Of a stretch of 64,000 nucleotides of DNA, positions 51,950 through 64,000 are shown piece by piece. The notes below the pieces were generated by a model. That model was not told the origin of the DNA and did no database searches. It saw nothing but the letters and a program-made list of their open reading frames with translations. The translations under genes were made by a program, and so were the position numbers. Where the stretch lies: assembly GCA_050084985.1 (NCBI GenBank), contig JBITNC010000001.1, positions 27,962,001-28,026,000 on the forward strand, written 5' to 3'. Positions within the stretch are counted from its first letter, which is position 1. Every line of letters starts with the position of its first letter. The DNA comes from Nageia nagi (taxonomy: Eukaryota; Plantae; Pinophyta).

Positions 51950-53130
51950 TGTAAAACAACTCCGAGGCCTACAGTAAATGTGGTTAATAGTGATCCAAAA
52001 TTTGGATCCCTTCGACATTCAGTAATCTCCATTTCAGTGTGTTCATTGTGATCGTCTTGTCTTCAGCTTTCCGATGCTTTTTTCGGATCGTGAATCCGAG
52101 TCCATATGTGGAAGATATGGTATTAAATCAGTTTGAGTATTTTGAGATTAAAAAAAAAAAAGGATTAAAAAAATAATATATTCAAATGTTGGCAGCCATT
52201 GGAGAGGGGACCCGCCGGACCACGTCGGAGGAGATGAGGTGTGCGTGGAAGGTTGACACCGCCATTGCCAACGTAGGGAAACAACTTTACAAGGCCTGCC
52301 ACTGTGGAGTCCCGCCTGCCACCCGCCTGCCACGTCCGGACCGCAGGGAGTTTGACCGCGTGGAGGTGATGCGGCAGGGAATTGAGACTACGCGACCACG
52401 TCCGCCTGCGTGTACATTGCCTGACCGCCAGCCAAGCTGCCACTCAACCAGGTTGACTTCTTCCCAGCACGTGCCACGTGTCTCCACCACAGTGCACCCC
52501 CCGATTTTAAGTTTTTTTAATGTATTTTGGTGTTTTCAAAGGTTTATGGTGATTTTTGATTTGCCTAATGTCCTATTATTAGGCTGAGTTAATTTTGTCA
52601 GCCTGAAATAGTCCAGAGAGCGTATTATTTCATTTTCAGAGTTCATTTTGGGGAGATTTTTACAACCATTTCAGCCCAAATTTGACAGGAAGATCAAGGA
52701 GGTTAATGGGTATCTGAAAATAGGTTTTGTATGGAATTTCCTACTCTCCAGTTTTACCCCTCAATTGTATAAAATGGGAGCAAATTGGACGTGAAAAAAA
52801 AAGAAGGATTTTAAGAAGTTGTTTTCTGTTCTTGTTGTGATTTTCAGAGCTGTTAGTGTGTTGTGAATGTGAGAGGAGGTTTTGAAGGACCATGGAGGCC
52901 TTCTAAAGTGATTCCACCCATTGATAGTAGAGAGCTTTTGAGCTGGATGTAACCCACACTGGGTGAACCAGGATAATTTTGCTTATCTCTTTCTATGGTG
53001 AATGCTTTTCTCTTCTCTGTGTTTACAATTTGTTTCCTGTTTTTCCTTTACAAGCACTTAATTGTTTTAAGTGTGAATTGATCCTAAGAAGAGGTTAAAC
53101 TGAAATTTTAATCTTATAGTTTATGGATCA
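51950..53130. mobile_element. Probable Gypsy solo LTR nested in long-LTR copy 3
   Basis: TGTAAAAC...GGATCA; LTR-typical gatcgtgaatccgagtccatatgtggaagatatg; GC-rich ccacgt-repeat core at 52186-52500; TSD poor (ATTGG/AATAG). Confidence 0.5.
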
Positions 53131-55705
53131 AATAGTTGCTACCTCTATCCTCCCACTGAACATTCCAAGTATAGCTACTATCACGATCACAAATGACACT
53201 TTAAGATAATAGAAACCTTGGGGTAACCAATCCTTGCACGCAAAGGTTAGTAATGCATCCTCAACTACATGTTGGATGCCCTTCCCATTTATCACCCTAG
53301 GTGGTCTTTGTAAGAGGAAAGAAAAACATCCCAACAATAGTTTACTAGTAGGAGGAGGCTAGTGCAAGCTGAAATTAGACGCTTTGCCACAAACTTTGTG
53401 ACATTGAAATCCTCTTTTATGTAGAAGGGGCATTGAAGAGAATGTTTGTGAGCAAGGAGTGGAATACTGAAAATGCCATTAGCTATAGAAAGGACAAGAT
53501 AAGTTTTTTAACTTCTGCAAGTTGTTTTAGGTATAGTCCACCTACCAATTTCACTATGTAAGTTGTTTGAATTAGTTCTTAATTTGCAATCGCAAATTTC
53601 TTTGAGACTAATAATCTTATGTGGAAAGGATGGAGGTTCCAGTTTTGGATTAATGATATTTTTTGTAGCATGTATAAAATTATATTTTTAAGGAGCCCTT
53701 CTAGACAGCTATGGATGAGCCCAGTAAGGTACATGGTAGAGTTATTTTATTTTCTTTTATTGATTACTAAAATATTAATTTATCCATTTGCAAATTTTTC
53801 CTTTATTGATTACTAAAATCAAGAATGGGATATGTATATGAGGTTATCGATAGGGCAAAAGAGGCAATTGCCAATTTTCTATAACTATTTCCAACCTAAA
53901 TACAATCCAATTTGAGACATTATTGATTGACGATGAACATTTGAGCTCCATAGCCCTCTTCATGCAATGAGGTATTACCTTAACCCCAATTTTTTTTATA
54001 TGGATTCCTTTGATCTTGATTATGAGATGATCATGGGCCTTCAATAATGCGTTGATTGCATGGTGGCTTTTGAGAAAATCCGCACAAAGATATAGGATGA
54101 GTTGCAAACTTATAAAAGATGTGAGGGCACCTTCCTCAGATCCTCGTAGTGCATTAAAGAGAGGACAACTTTGAGGCCAAGTAACCCTCATTGAGTTATT
54201 ATTTATTGTGTTTTGATTTTTTTCCAACAAATAATCTCAATTTATAATTTTGCATGTGAAGCATTAATTTTCCTTTGTCTTGGTGGGAGGAATGCGATAC
54301 ATATATATGCCCAACCTACAATGCTTTGCCATCAAAGTTTTCTGTCAACCACATAGTGCTTTAGGTTGTGAGCTTAGTTGGAGTGTTTTTTAGCACATTA
54401 CACTTCAAGAAGAGGAATAGACTCACACAACAAAAGTTGAGTGATCTTGTTTTTGTTCATTACAACCTTCACCTCCACCATAAACAAATTGCAGGATTAA
54501 ATCACAAGGCCATTGATGTAGATGAGATTGATCTCTCATCTGAATGGATCTCAAAGCATGTGCAGAGGAGCAGCAATAGTATTTCTAAACCATAGTTTAA
54601 ACGAAATAAACCACCAAAATACCATGCACCAAATAAGGACGGATCCAACAAAAATATGACAAGTGGCAGGTTTGGATGGTCAAATGCTTGAAAGCGGGTC
54701 AAACAATTTGGGCGCTCAAGAGGGGGAGGGGAGGTTGCATCAAGCTAATGTCATCCATCCTCCACCATGTCCTTTACTCTTGTGCCCCCTTTCCTGTGTG
54801 CACCCCCACGCATGCCTACTGGACTGTTGATGTTATCTTACCATGATGTGTTGGTGCCCTTTTCACCTGTTGCATTTTCCAATGCTGACTGGACCTGATT
54901 GGATAACCTGCATGGTAATGTGTCCCACCGAAACAAAGCGGTGGTAAAACAAAATATTTGGCCTTTTATATTTATTTAGATTTTAATTTTATTTACCTTC
55001 CAAAAAATTTGAAGGCACATAACTTGCACACGAGATATCGAATTCTCAAACAGGAACAGGGGTTAGAATTGTTGTGAAGAGAACTTCGACATAAAGAGAT
55101 AAAATCAAACTTTTGAGACACTTTATTTTTGATGATCCAAAATTGCATCAGCCTTGTTAAGCATGAGTTTCTCAACTATGATTGTGAATCAATTTTTTGT
55201 TGGTACCTTTGATTTTGATGCATGACCGCAGACTTTCTACCTTCAAAGTCACCCAAGACTTGCATGGGGTATGTCATACCCACTCTTGAATGTCATAGTT
55301 TAATCAGTTTCCACATGTTGATATATAGGCATCTCTCTTAGGCATTTAAAACTCGAGGCTACTAGTTGGAAGTGCACATACTTATCGTTTGAGTCCCTCC
55401 CATTTGACATATTATTATGAACGTTTGAAGATTATTTTTCATTCCTATTGTGTTTATAAATTTGTTTGATTGTTTCAAGAATATGGTGAAATAGCTGAAT
55501 ATCACAATTCATACATAAGCGTTTTATCTAACAGATTCATGAAAGATTTAACATTGGCCAATTACCTGCAGAAATATTTTAGCTCAATTGTGATGAATCT
55601 TGTTTTTGCCATAGAAAACTTAGTTGCAAATTTAGCAATAATACATTCTTTTCAACCAGAATTTTATACAAGTGCATGTCAATATGTTTGTGAAATTTAT
55701 TGCAG

Positions 55706-55837
55706 CTATGTGAATTGAGCGGAAGCTCACCTGGTTATGGGTTTTTGCGCATGATGGGGAAATCAAGGCAACAGTCACCAGACTCTGATGATGGACATAT
55801 TGATTTGAAGCAAGAAGGAATGCTTGCTGTTCAATAA
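55706..55837 (+). CDS. KEA2: KEA1/KEA2-like terminal exon with stop
   Basis: tgcag|CTA...TAA; LCELSGSSPGYGFLRMMGKSRQQSPDSDDGHIDLKQEGMLAVQ*, matching the LCExSGSSLGYGF...EGTLAI C-terminus of KEA1/2; phase 0 as required. Confidence 0.9.
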   Translation, partial: LCELSGSSPGYGFLRMMGKSRQQSPDSDDGHIDLKQEGMLAVQ

Positions 55838-55907
55838 CTTGATTGCAATTAAGGGTTCATAGCAATCTATGCATCAAGGTTGTCAGAGTTTGGTCTTGAA
55901 TAATTGC

Positions 55908-55913
55908 AATAAA
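55908..55913 (+). promoter_or_regulatory. Candidate polyadenylation signal of the KEA gene
   Basis: AATAAA 70 nt after the stop codon; motif only. Confidence 0.3.
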
Positions 55914-56094
55914 GTATTTTCACAACACCACTGTACAGATACATATCAAAGCTGTAATTTGTAGGTTTAAGGAATGCTAAAAACTCTGATTTAAGCTGTA
56001 ACATTGATGATGAAAGGAATCAGTCTATGTGTTGAAGTTCGGTTGTAATTACCAAAGGCTCATGTGCAAATCAACTTTTGACCAGCCAAAAAGT

Positions 56095-56840
56095 CTACAT
56101 TTGATAAATTATCATTGCAATTCCTTTTGCCATTGCAGAATTTCTACAAAGAGAATGTAAAATAATCAGTGTTTTGTACCAGTGATCAATATCAAAGCCT
56201 AAATATTTGTAACAATGAATCACCTCTATAGGTTGATTGTTAAAGAGCATTGTAGAGTGAAACATATTTTTAGATTTAATAATCATAATTTTGATTTTGT
56301 TTGCATTAACTACTAAGCTAGATATATGATAGAATGTTTGAAGAATATTTAATTGTTTTACAAGATCGTTATAATGTCTAGCTAGCAAGATAATACCATT
56401 TGCATAAAGTAAAGAGAATAATGATGAGGTTGCCAAGGTTGATGTTTACACATTTAGTTTTTAAATATTTTTGTAGTTGATCTATGTATTTTAGATTTGG
56501 TAATAGAAGATATCCTTTTTTAACTCCAATATTTCAGTTAAACTACTTGATTAGTTTCAAGTTTCGTGATAACTCGTCCATGAAATCTGTAAACTACATA
56601 TGAGTTCATAAGATATTTCTAAGTTGACCATACACATTAAATGTTTACCCTTGGAGATATTATCGAAGGCTTTTTTGAAATCCACAAGGAAAAGAAAAAG
56701 ATCTTTATCATTTCCATAATCTTCAACAATAATTTGAAAAGTGAGGATGTGATCAATTTTGAATATTTGCTTTTAAAATATTTTTTGTACTGCAACATTG
56801 TTTCTTTCTCCAAGAACATGATTTCCTTCATATTTTATTA
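56095..56840 (-). mobile_element. Decayed RTE-like LINE reverse-transcriptase fragment
   Basis: LLYANGIILLA (YADD-like), LVVNANKIKIM and YKYLGFDIDH, plus FVDFKKAFD-like and GVKQG-like remnants upstream. Confidence 0.75.
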
Positions 56841-56899
56841 TGCTAGTCAAACTTCCAACTTAATTTAGCTTTTTCTTTTAAAGTAATTAATTATAATTA

Positions 56900-57600
56900 G
56901 AGAAGTGCCTTTCACCATCATTTTCTTTACCTAATATCTTTTGTTAATTTACCATCATTGCAAACAACTCTTGCTTCAACCAAAGGGTTACTCATTTTTC
57001 TAAAACATTGTGGAAAAGCATCAATCAAAACACCCATTTATTTTTGATAACCCATCCACTTTGAACCTTTAGAGGATTTTTCTTTAGAGGTCCCATCAAA
57101 GTTCAATTTAAACCAATATGTTTTGGGAGCTTAACACTTGACATTAATATCCAGCAGCTAGGAAAGCTTCCTCTTTTTTTTTAATCTAATTCTCCAAGTA
57201 GATAATAGATAAGTTATTCAAAAATGCTTTTTTAATGGATTGAATGTTTATGACAATATATCTTTTTTCCTCTTTAAAAATCCTCTTGTTTCTTTTCAAC
57301 CAAATACCCCAACCATAATGAAATGGAATGATGTCCCACAATGCATTCAATCTTTTGTTTTAAAAAGGCATCTCCCACTAGCATAACCAATCTAATGTTT
57401 TATTTGAGAGAACCCAATACATTCCTATTTCACGAATGCTATTAGTGAAAATCTACTTAAACTACTTGTATTGTAAAAAGATATGATCTACAGATTCCTT
57501 GTTCGATTAACACAAGACACATTTATTAATTAGTTGAATTTTTTTTCTTCATATATTGTAGATATACCATTCAAAATTATGATAATTAAATCTAAAAAGA
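56900..57600 (-). mobile_element. Decayed L1 ORF2 C-terminal fragment (zf-RVT/RNase H-like)
   Basis: LNFDGTSK-like and CVLC...ESVDHIF-like remnants on the minus strand. Confidence 0.5.
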
Positions 57601-57619
57601 TGTTTCACCCCATAATCCT

Positions 57620-59990
57620 CCTTAATAATCAACCCTTAGAAATGGTTCACTCTTACAAATACTTGGCTATCGACATAAATCATAAACTAATTTAGAATTT
57701 AAGTGTTGAAAAAGAACTTGTATGAGAGCGAAAACCTTTTACGGTTGATAAAATAAATGTAAAAATGCAAGACTTTGGAATTGGGATGAAAGGAAATGTC
57801 TTCTGTACTACCTTGTAACTTCAATACTACTTTATCGTTGTGAAGTCTAGGGTGGAAGCATTTTTAGATAAACTTGGAATAAAATTGAGCAAATTCAAAA
57901 TTCATTTTATCTAATATAACTTCAAATTGCAAATGAAGTAACTCAATTTTTTTGGAGTAATGATAACATCAAAGATAAAAGAAAACTAGCTTACTACAAA
58001 AATTAGCCACCCCAAATTTGAACTTCCATCCTATTTACATAAGATTACTAGTCTCAAAAAGAAACTTATGATCACAAGATTAAGAACTAATTTTCAATAA
58101 CTATATAATGAAATTGGTAGATGAACAATACCTAAAACACTTTGGGATAAAAACATTTCTAAATTCTGTAACCTCATAGAGGATGAAACTTGCATTCTTT
58201 TTTTTTTTTTGGCCCACTCTATAAAGACATTATACAATCCTACAAAAATATTTGCTACTACAACTTGATCTAGAAAATTCTTAACCAAGATAACATAAAC
58301 AAGCTTGGAGATTTTATTATAAACCTTAATTATGTCAAAAATAGACATTCTAATACTGAATTGATACATATTTACTTTTGGACAAACCTTGATAGGTCCT
58401 ACAAGCCAATGGGTTTAAAAGGATGTTAAAAGACTTATCTATTCTATCATTCATATGGAAGTTGGTTCACTCCTTATTGAAGTTGAAGCTTTAAAATGAT
58501 GTATATTATATAATTATAAACTAACAAAGTTAGATTGTCTTACATTGCTTGTACTCACCTATCAAATTTTTAAAACTCATTATCTTAAAAGAGGTAAAAG
58601 ACTTTGATAAGTTGCTTAATTTTTGGGGCATAGGGCATACATGATAACATAACCCCTTCTAAGAGCGACAAAATAGAAGTACAAATTTCAAATACAATAC
58701 TTCAAATTTTTTGAAAGTGATGATAGCATCAAAGATAAAAGAAAACTTATTGCAAAATATCATTAATTTGAAACTTGAACATCCATCTTCTTTGCATAAG
58801 AGTATTAGTTTCAAAAATAAACTTGTGATTGCAAAATTAAGAAAATTAATTCACATGAACTACATAATGAAATTGGTAGATAGACAATACTTGAAACACC
58901 TTAGGATAAAAGAATTTGTAAGTTCTGTATCCTAAAAGAATGAGACTCATTTTCTTCTTTTTTGCCAAGTCTTCAAAGACATTAGACAAATGTATAAAGA
59001 TACTTGTAATTATAATTTGATCCACTAATTCTTAAACCAAGATAACCAAAACAATCTTGGTGATTTTTATTAAACCTATTTATGTAAGAAACAATCATAT
59101 AAATAGATGTTTCTTAATATTTGGATACAAATTTGCAATCAAATGACTAAGGTGCAGATGAAGCTGAATCACCTCAGTGCCCTCCTAGATTATTGGGCTA
59201 ATGCTCCATGCTCAGTTAGTCGAGTGCCCCTGAAGATTTTGTGGCAATGCACCCTTCGTTCCTCGTTGCGATCTCAACATTACCCACCAAAGAGAAACCA
59301 TTCACAATCTAGAGGGCGACATTGGTCATAACCATCTCTAGTTCGACAACATGGGTTTGATATTGGTGCTAGTTCCTTGCAACATCATGGTGGTATGGTT
59401 TCAATGCCTACATCAACTTCACCACATTCGAGGTGAGGAGGACATCCCACTACTGCTTTCAATGCTTGCAATAATACCCTATGGGATACTCAACATTCTC
59501 CCTATTTTGTTGTTAATGCTTAAGAATGGGGGAAGATGTGGAAGCTATTAATGCATATGTCCACAAAGGCGACAAGTGGGACATTCAACCTATTCCAATG
59601 AATATGTGGGAGAATATGGTGGAGGAAGAGCCGCCCACTTGGGTTGGCCCAACCAATGTTGCTTAATGTATTTTATGATTGTCTTTTTTTGTATGGTGGA
59701 CCCTTAATATGCGTGCTTATAATCGTTCCTTATAGCGGTTCTTTTTTTTATTATTATTATTAGACTCCTAATCTGATTTTAGGATTAGTGTCGTAACTTC
59801 TTAGGGTGTGTTTGCTACCACCCACTTTTTTTGACTGTGAAGGCATTTATTCAAATATAATTTGCTTTTTCATAAAAAAAAATATATACAATCATATAAA
59901 TACTTAATTGATATTAATTTACTTCTTGACAAACTTTAATAAGACCTACAAACCAATGGGTTTAAAAGGAGATTAAAAGACTTATCTATA
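57620..59990 (+). mobile_element. RTE-like LINE 3' fragments (two related 3' ends), interrupted by an L1 insertion
   Basis: NQPLEMVHSYKYLAIDINH; 57955-58350 resembles 58715-59090; shared tail cctacaa(g/a)ccaatgggtttaaaagga...ttaaaagacttatcta at ~58400 and ~59945. Confidence 0.65.
59106..59887 (+). mobile_element. 5'-truncated non-LTR (L1-like) insertion
   Basis: 15-bp TSD ACAATCATATAAATA (59091-59105 / 59888-59902) and an A-rich tail. Confidence 0.7.
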
Positions 59991-60361
59991 GTCAAAATTT
60001 CATTCAAAAAAGCCAAGGAAAGAAAAATAGCAATTTTTAAGATAGCTTTGGTGCTCCAAATCTTGTTTTAAGAAATCCCACCTCTAGTTCAAGCATAAGA
60101 GTATCATAACATGATTTAAATATAAAAATTCCTTCTATATTAAATCTCCAAATAAAAGTCTGCCTCTAAAGAGTTGCTCAAGAAATAAGATTTAAATTTG
60201 TTATGGATAAATATCTAACCAAGCATCTTCTAAAAATTGCACTTTAGTACCTCTTCCAACTTTCCACCTAATACCCTTCAAAGAACTCCCTTAATTTTAT
60301 GATATGATTCTATATCGAAAAGCATTAACATCTTGGGCAATCACAAGCATTTCTGGACTAT

Positions 60362-62977
60362 TGTGATGCCCCCCTTATTTAGTTAGTGCATTTGAAAGAT
60401 TATTCCTTGTAATATACTTCATTTATGTATTTGCATTTTCATAATTGTAACTTAGAATAGGAGACTTAATGGGTCAGTGGACCCCACTATGAGCCCCAAG
60501 TGGTACGTCTCCCTCCTAAAGGATAGATTAGGCATTTATTATGTACTTGGAGATCTCGATCAAGGTTTCCAATGCCAATGGGAAGCTCACATTGGTGGAC
60601 CACAATGTTGAGAGGTTTGGTGTGAGATTGCAAAGTTGTGCGGTGAGAGAAGAATTTTACATCTATCCTTTCAAGGGACATCCTTGTATCATTCTAGGAT
60701 TGAAGTGCCTATTTGACTTGGGTGATATCCACACCAACTACCAGAAACTCACAATGAATTTCGAAATAGATGGGAAGACACACCTTGCAGGGGATCAAAG
60801 ATGATTGTCCACAAGTAGACGATAAGAGGCTGGAGGTGATTGAGTGGTGTCAGAAGAAGGAGAAAGCAAAAGATGAGGTCACATTTGGAATAGAGAAGAG
60901 AGGACAGGTAATGGGGAGGATTGAAGGGTTTTCATGCTCCATGTCACAACTCAAGAAGCTGGGAGGGGTTACGTTGAGTCTTGAGGGAGCAAGACATCCA
61001 ACGTTGGGCCTTGGAAGGGAGTCTCACCTCATGCTGGGCATTTAGGGGAATTGCCACCCCATGTTGAGCCTCAAGAGAGTTAGACACCTCACGCTGGGCA
61101 TTTAGGGGAATTGCCACCCCACGTTGAGCCTCAAGAGAGTTAGACACCTCATGTTGGGCACCTGGAGACCTAGGCATACCACGTCAAGTTGTTGTAGGCC
61201 TAGGCACCCTACATTGACTCTTGAGGAGACTATGTTTGCTACGTTGTGGAGTAGTAATGATGGCTACTTGACGTTGGGCATGAGGGAGGTAGCATTCCCC
61301 TCATGGAGCACTCGAGTTGGGTAGTGATACGTTGGACCTAGAGGGGTCTATTTTCATGATGAGGGTTCATCTGGCAGTTGGATATCCTATGTTGGAGGGT
61401 GATATGGTCTCTTGCTTCACACTGGCCATGGGGACATTGGGAAGTCCATGCTAAGCTCTGAGGAGTACTGGCCTCACACATGGAGCAAAGGCTCTACCTA
61501 TTTACACTCAAATATGATTTTCTTAAGGTTCTTGTAGGTACACCTTCGCACTAATATGCATACACTCTCATGTATATGGAGGACAACTCTGGAGCATTTG
61601 ATGAGGAATGACAGTTACAACAAACCAAAGTGTTTGCTAGTTGCACTGACACATGGATATAGAATGCACTTCAAACGATTTCCTTGGGTGATGAATATTG
61701 AAGTTGCATTCCACCATTACAAACACTAGCTTCTAGGACCAAAGGATTCTTGGAAGACAATATGTTGTAGTCTTTTGCCATTACTTGAGGGCAAGTAATT
61801 TGAGAGTGTAGGCTTTGTGACATCCCCCTTGTTCAGTTAGTGAGTCCGAAAGATTCTTCTTTGTAATATACTCTATTTATGTATTTGCACTTTCATAATT
61901 GTAACTTAGGATAGGAGACTTGATGGGTCAATAGACCCCACTGTGAGCCCCAAGTGGGACGTCTCCCTTCCTAAGGATAGATCAAGTATTTATTATGTAT
62001 TTGGAGATCCTGATAATGATTTTGGGAATCCCAAAGTCTATAGCTACATTTAGGTGATGGATGGATCATTATTTACTCACTTCAATCTTGAAGAGGCCCC
62101 TACACCCCCACATTGGCCCAATTGGACACTCAGACTGCCACACATGACAACTTGATCCACGTGGGCATGAGTGGCACACTTTGGACTCAATGTTGGCACT
62201 TAATGCACTTTAGCCCCTTATCTTGGCATGACTAACCGCTAGGCACCCATGTTAGGTATTTCGAGCCCTTAAGAGGCCAACGTTGGATTAAAGGAACTAG
62301 GTGACGACTCCTAGGTGAGACACAAACAAAGCTAATGTATAAATAAACACTGGAACCTCATTACTAGATGTTCAAATTATCATTACTACACATATTCCAT
62401 CTAAAGGACAAAAAGTCTTAATGGTGCTAAGCAATCTCCTTAAGTGCAACACTTAGGAGGGCAATTAGATTGAGGGATCTTGGTTGTCTATGACATTGGT
62501 GCAACGCCCTTGCCCATATGGTGGCATCCAAGTTATTGCTTCTATCTTCAATGGTTATCCACAGTTTGAGAACTTCTTTGGTGGAGGGGAATTAGATTCT
62601 GAGGGAGTGTACTGTCCCATGGTTCTAGGATTGTTCCAGTAGAAAGGATATTCATTACTATACCCTAGTTGGCTCCTTGGAGGCCAACATCAACCCTTGA
62701 AGGCTTGGTATTGTATTTGTGAAGCATTGAATATTCAAAATACCGCCAAGGGCATTGTATCTTATATTTTGCATTGTCTATATAACTCTTCTACATGGAT
62801 GCATGTATTGGCTAAATGCTGGTAAATGGATTTTGCACATGTTTGATATTGTAACCCTAACCCTAATATTGCAATTTGAGGGTGTGTTTACTTGTATTTG
62901 ATACCCTCGGCTTGACGTCAAAGTTTGATGGTCCGAATTTGCTAATTTGAACTTGAGTTGTATTTTGGACCACCACA
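60362..62977 (+). mobile_element. Internally deleted Gypsy element: truncated 5' LTR, protease-region fragment, PPT, full 3' LTR 61816-62977
   Basis: TSD ACTAT/ATTAT; 60362-60560 matches the start of the 3' LTR; IKVSNANGK...IILGLKCLFDLGDIHTNYQKLTMNFEIDGKTHTLQG resembles the retropepsin (RVP_2-like) C-terminal half; LLEGK*FES chromovirus-like end before the LTR. Confidence 0.85.
61025..61165 (+). repeat. 60-bp tandem repeat (two ~30-bp subunits)
   Basis: cacctca(t/c)gctgggcatttaggggaattgccacccca(t/c)gttgagcctcaagagagttaga, about 2.3 copies. Confidence 0.9.
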
Positions 62978-64000
62978 ATTATTGCTATACAGATATTTAG
63001 CCTTTAAGATTCTAACCCACATTGAATCTCCATCTTTATAATCCTTCATCCTATCTTTCTAGTCAAAACTTTGTTCAGCCCAAGCCTCCACATAATTTTG
63101 GAGTACAAATTTTCTCCTAAATAATAAGTGAGATTCTACTTTTCTCTTCTAGTCTAGCTCATGAGAATGTTTTCTGAATATTTATCGTTCTTATAATAAA
63201 AGTTTGTTTCAAAGCAAGTTGAAACTAATTTTGTATTGATTGTAAGTATTCTAGTTAAAAGTTCTGAACCATGTCCTTGGTTTTTGCTTTTAATACTGGT
63301 ATGGTGAAAAAGAATCAATCCCACATCAATATTAGAGTGAAGTTATCTATGACAATAATGATCGCCTTAATTTTCAGTTTGATAATGCTCTTCAGAAGTA
63401 GCATTAAGTGTATCAGGATTTATCTTTTATAATTGCAGTAAAACGTTAAAAAATAATTTAATACCAAATGCTATAATTTACTTCACAATTATATGGTAAA
63501 TATTTTGGTAAAATGCATATCATTGTTCATCGGAAGGAAAACATTCTTATGTGACTTTGATACTGACAATCGAACGTTTAATTATGTTCAGTAAAAACTA
63601 TTTTGCTCATACCACACCCATGATCAAACTCTTAAACAAGAAAAACAGAACTGTGTTGTACTGAAGAATATTCACACGTTTTAATAACAAATTAATCAGT
63701 GTCCAACATTTGAAGAGTAATCTTAATATGCCTCTTCAACAACATGCCATATATAACATCTCTTTCATTCGAAATTCACTATGAACATTACAAAATGCAT
63801 ACTCTGTAAGGGTGAAGCAAAAATGTTGCGTATCAGAGACTACAGAACAGAGCCACTAGAATCTTTTGGAAAACTTGATTAAAATTTGGATTTGAAATTA
63901 ATTTTACCGCAACAATAAAATACATCAGGATATGTTACATCGTAAAGGCCCTATGTACTTCAAAAGAATGTAAAATAATTTCACATGTTGCAGAAGAATT

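Larger units (their letters stand above)
40586..53336 (+). mobile_element. Long solo-LTR-like element, copy 3 (opposite orientation; ~3.2 kb net of nested insertions)
   Basis: Starts TGTTGTGCTCAAACACGACACACCCCAAA and ends GAGGAAAGAAAAACATCCCAACA, the reverse complements of the copy 1/2 termini. TSD TTAGT/ATAGT. gcgcatgac...gtcataaatatgact repeats at 40900-42080. Confidence 0.82.
39340..54600 (+). pseudogene. Second decayed hAT transposase, split by the 40586-53336 insertion
   Basis: BED-finger-like remnant ~39350-39510; KDWRKRGCTIISDGW at ~40200; across the insertion MR*FTSRRRLVQAEIRRFATNFVTLKS; PNLQCFAIKVFCQP and KKRNRLTQQKLSDLVFVHYNL at 54310-54470. TIRs not located. Confidence 0.8.

Noticed and set aside
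52148-52587. GC-rich island with overlapping ORFs
   Set aside because: Repeated ccacgt motifs inside a probable LTR; ORFs on both strands are explained by GC content and show no domain
63500-64000. Possible 3' UTR of a neighbouring minus-strand gene
   Set aside because: No coding exon or splice evidence within the window

Overview
AT-rich, repeat-dense plant nuclear DNA. Giant TE-filled introns and the LTR/LINE types suggest a gymnosperm (inference). The + strand carries the last 8 coding exons (256 aa plus stop, 4764-55837) of a chloroplast-type K+ efflux antiporter of the KEA1/KEA2 clade. All splice sites are GT-AG and phases match; two introns are huge (14,294 and 35,020 bp). The introns hold nested mobile elements, many delimited here by exact termini and target-site duplications (TSDs). 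These are: (1) a non-autonomous Gypsy-type LTR element whose first ORF is an intronless PDS5 (cohesin regulator) N-terminal domain instead of gag; (2) three copies of a very long TGTTG...CAACA solo-LTR-like family, one containing a ~3.7 kb degenerate gene; (3) an 8.3 kb Copia-like element with ~97% identical LTRs, no gag/pol, and a cassette of small unknown ORFs including two diverged F-box-like paralogues next to tandem arrays; (4) two decayed hAT transposons with nested insertions; (5) an ORF1-only L1 derivative; (6) a ~1.2 kb Gypsy LTR family in three places, plus RTE/L1 fragments. All translations and alignments were done by eye and no database searches were run.
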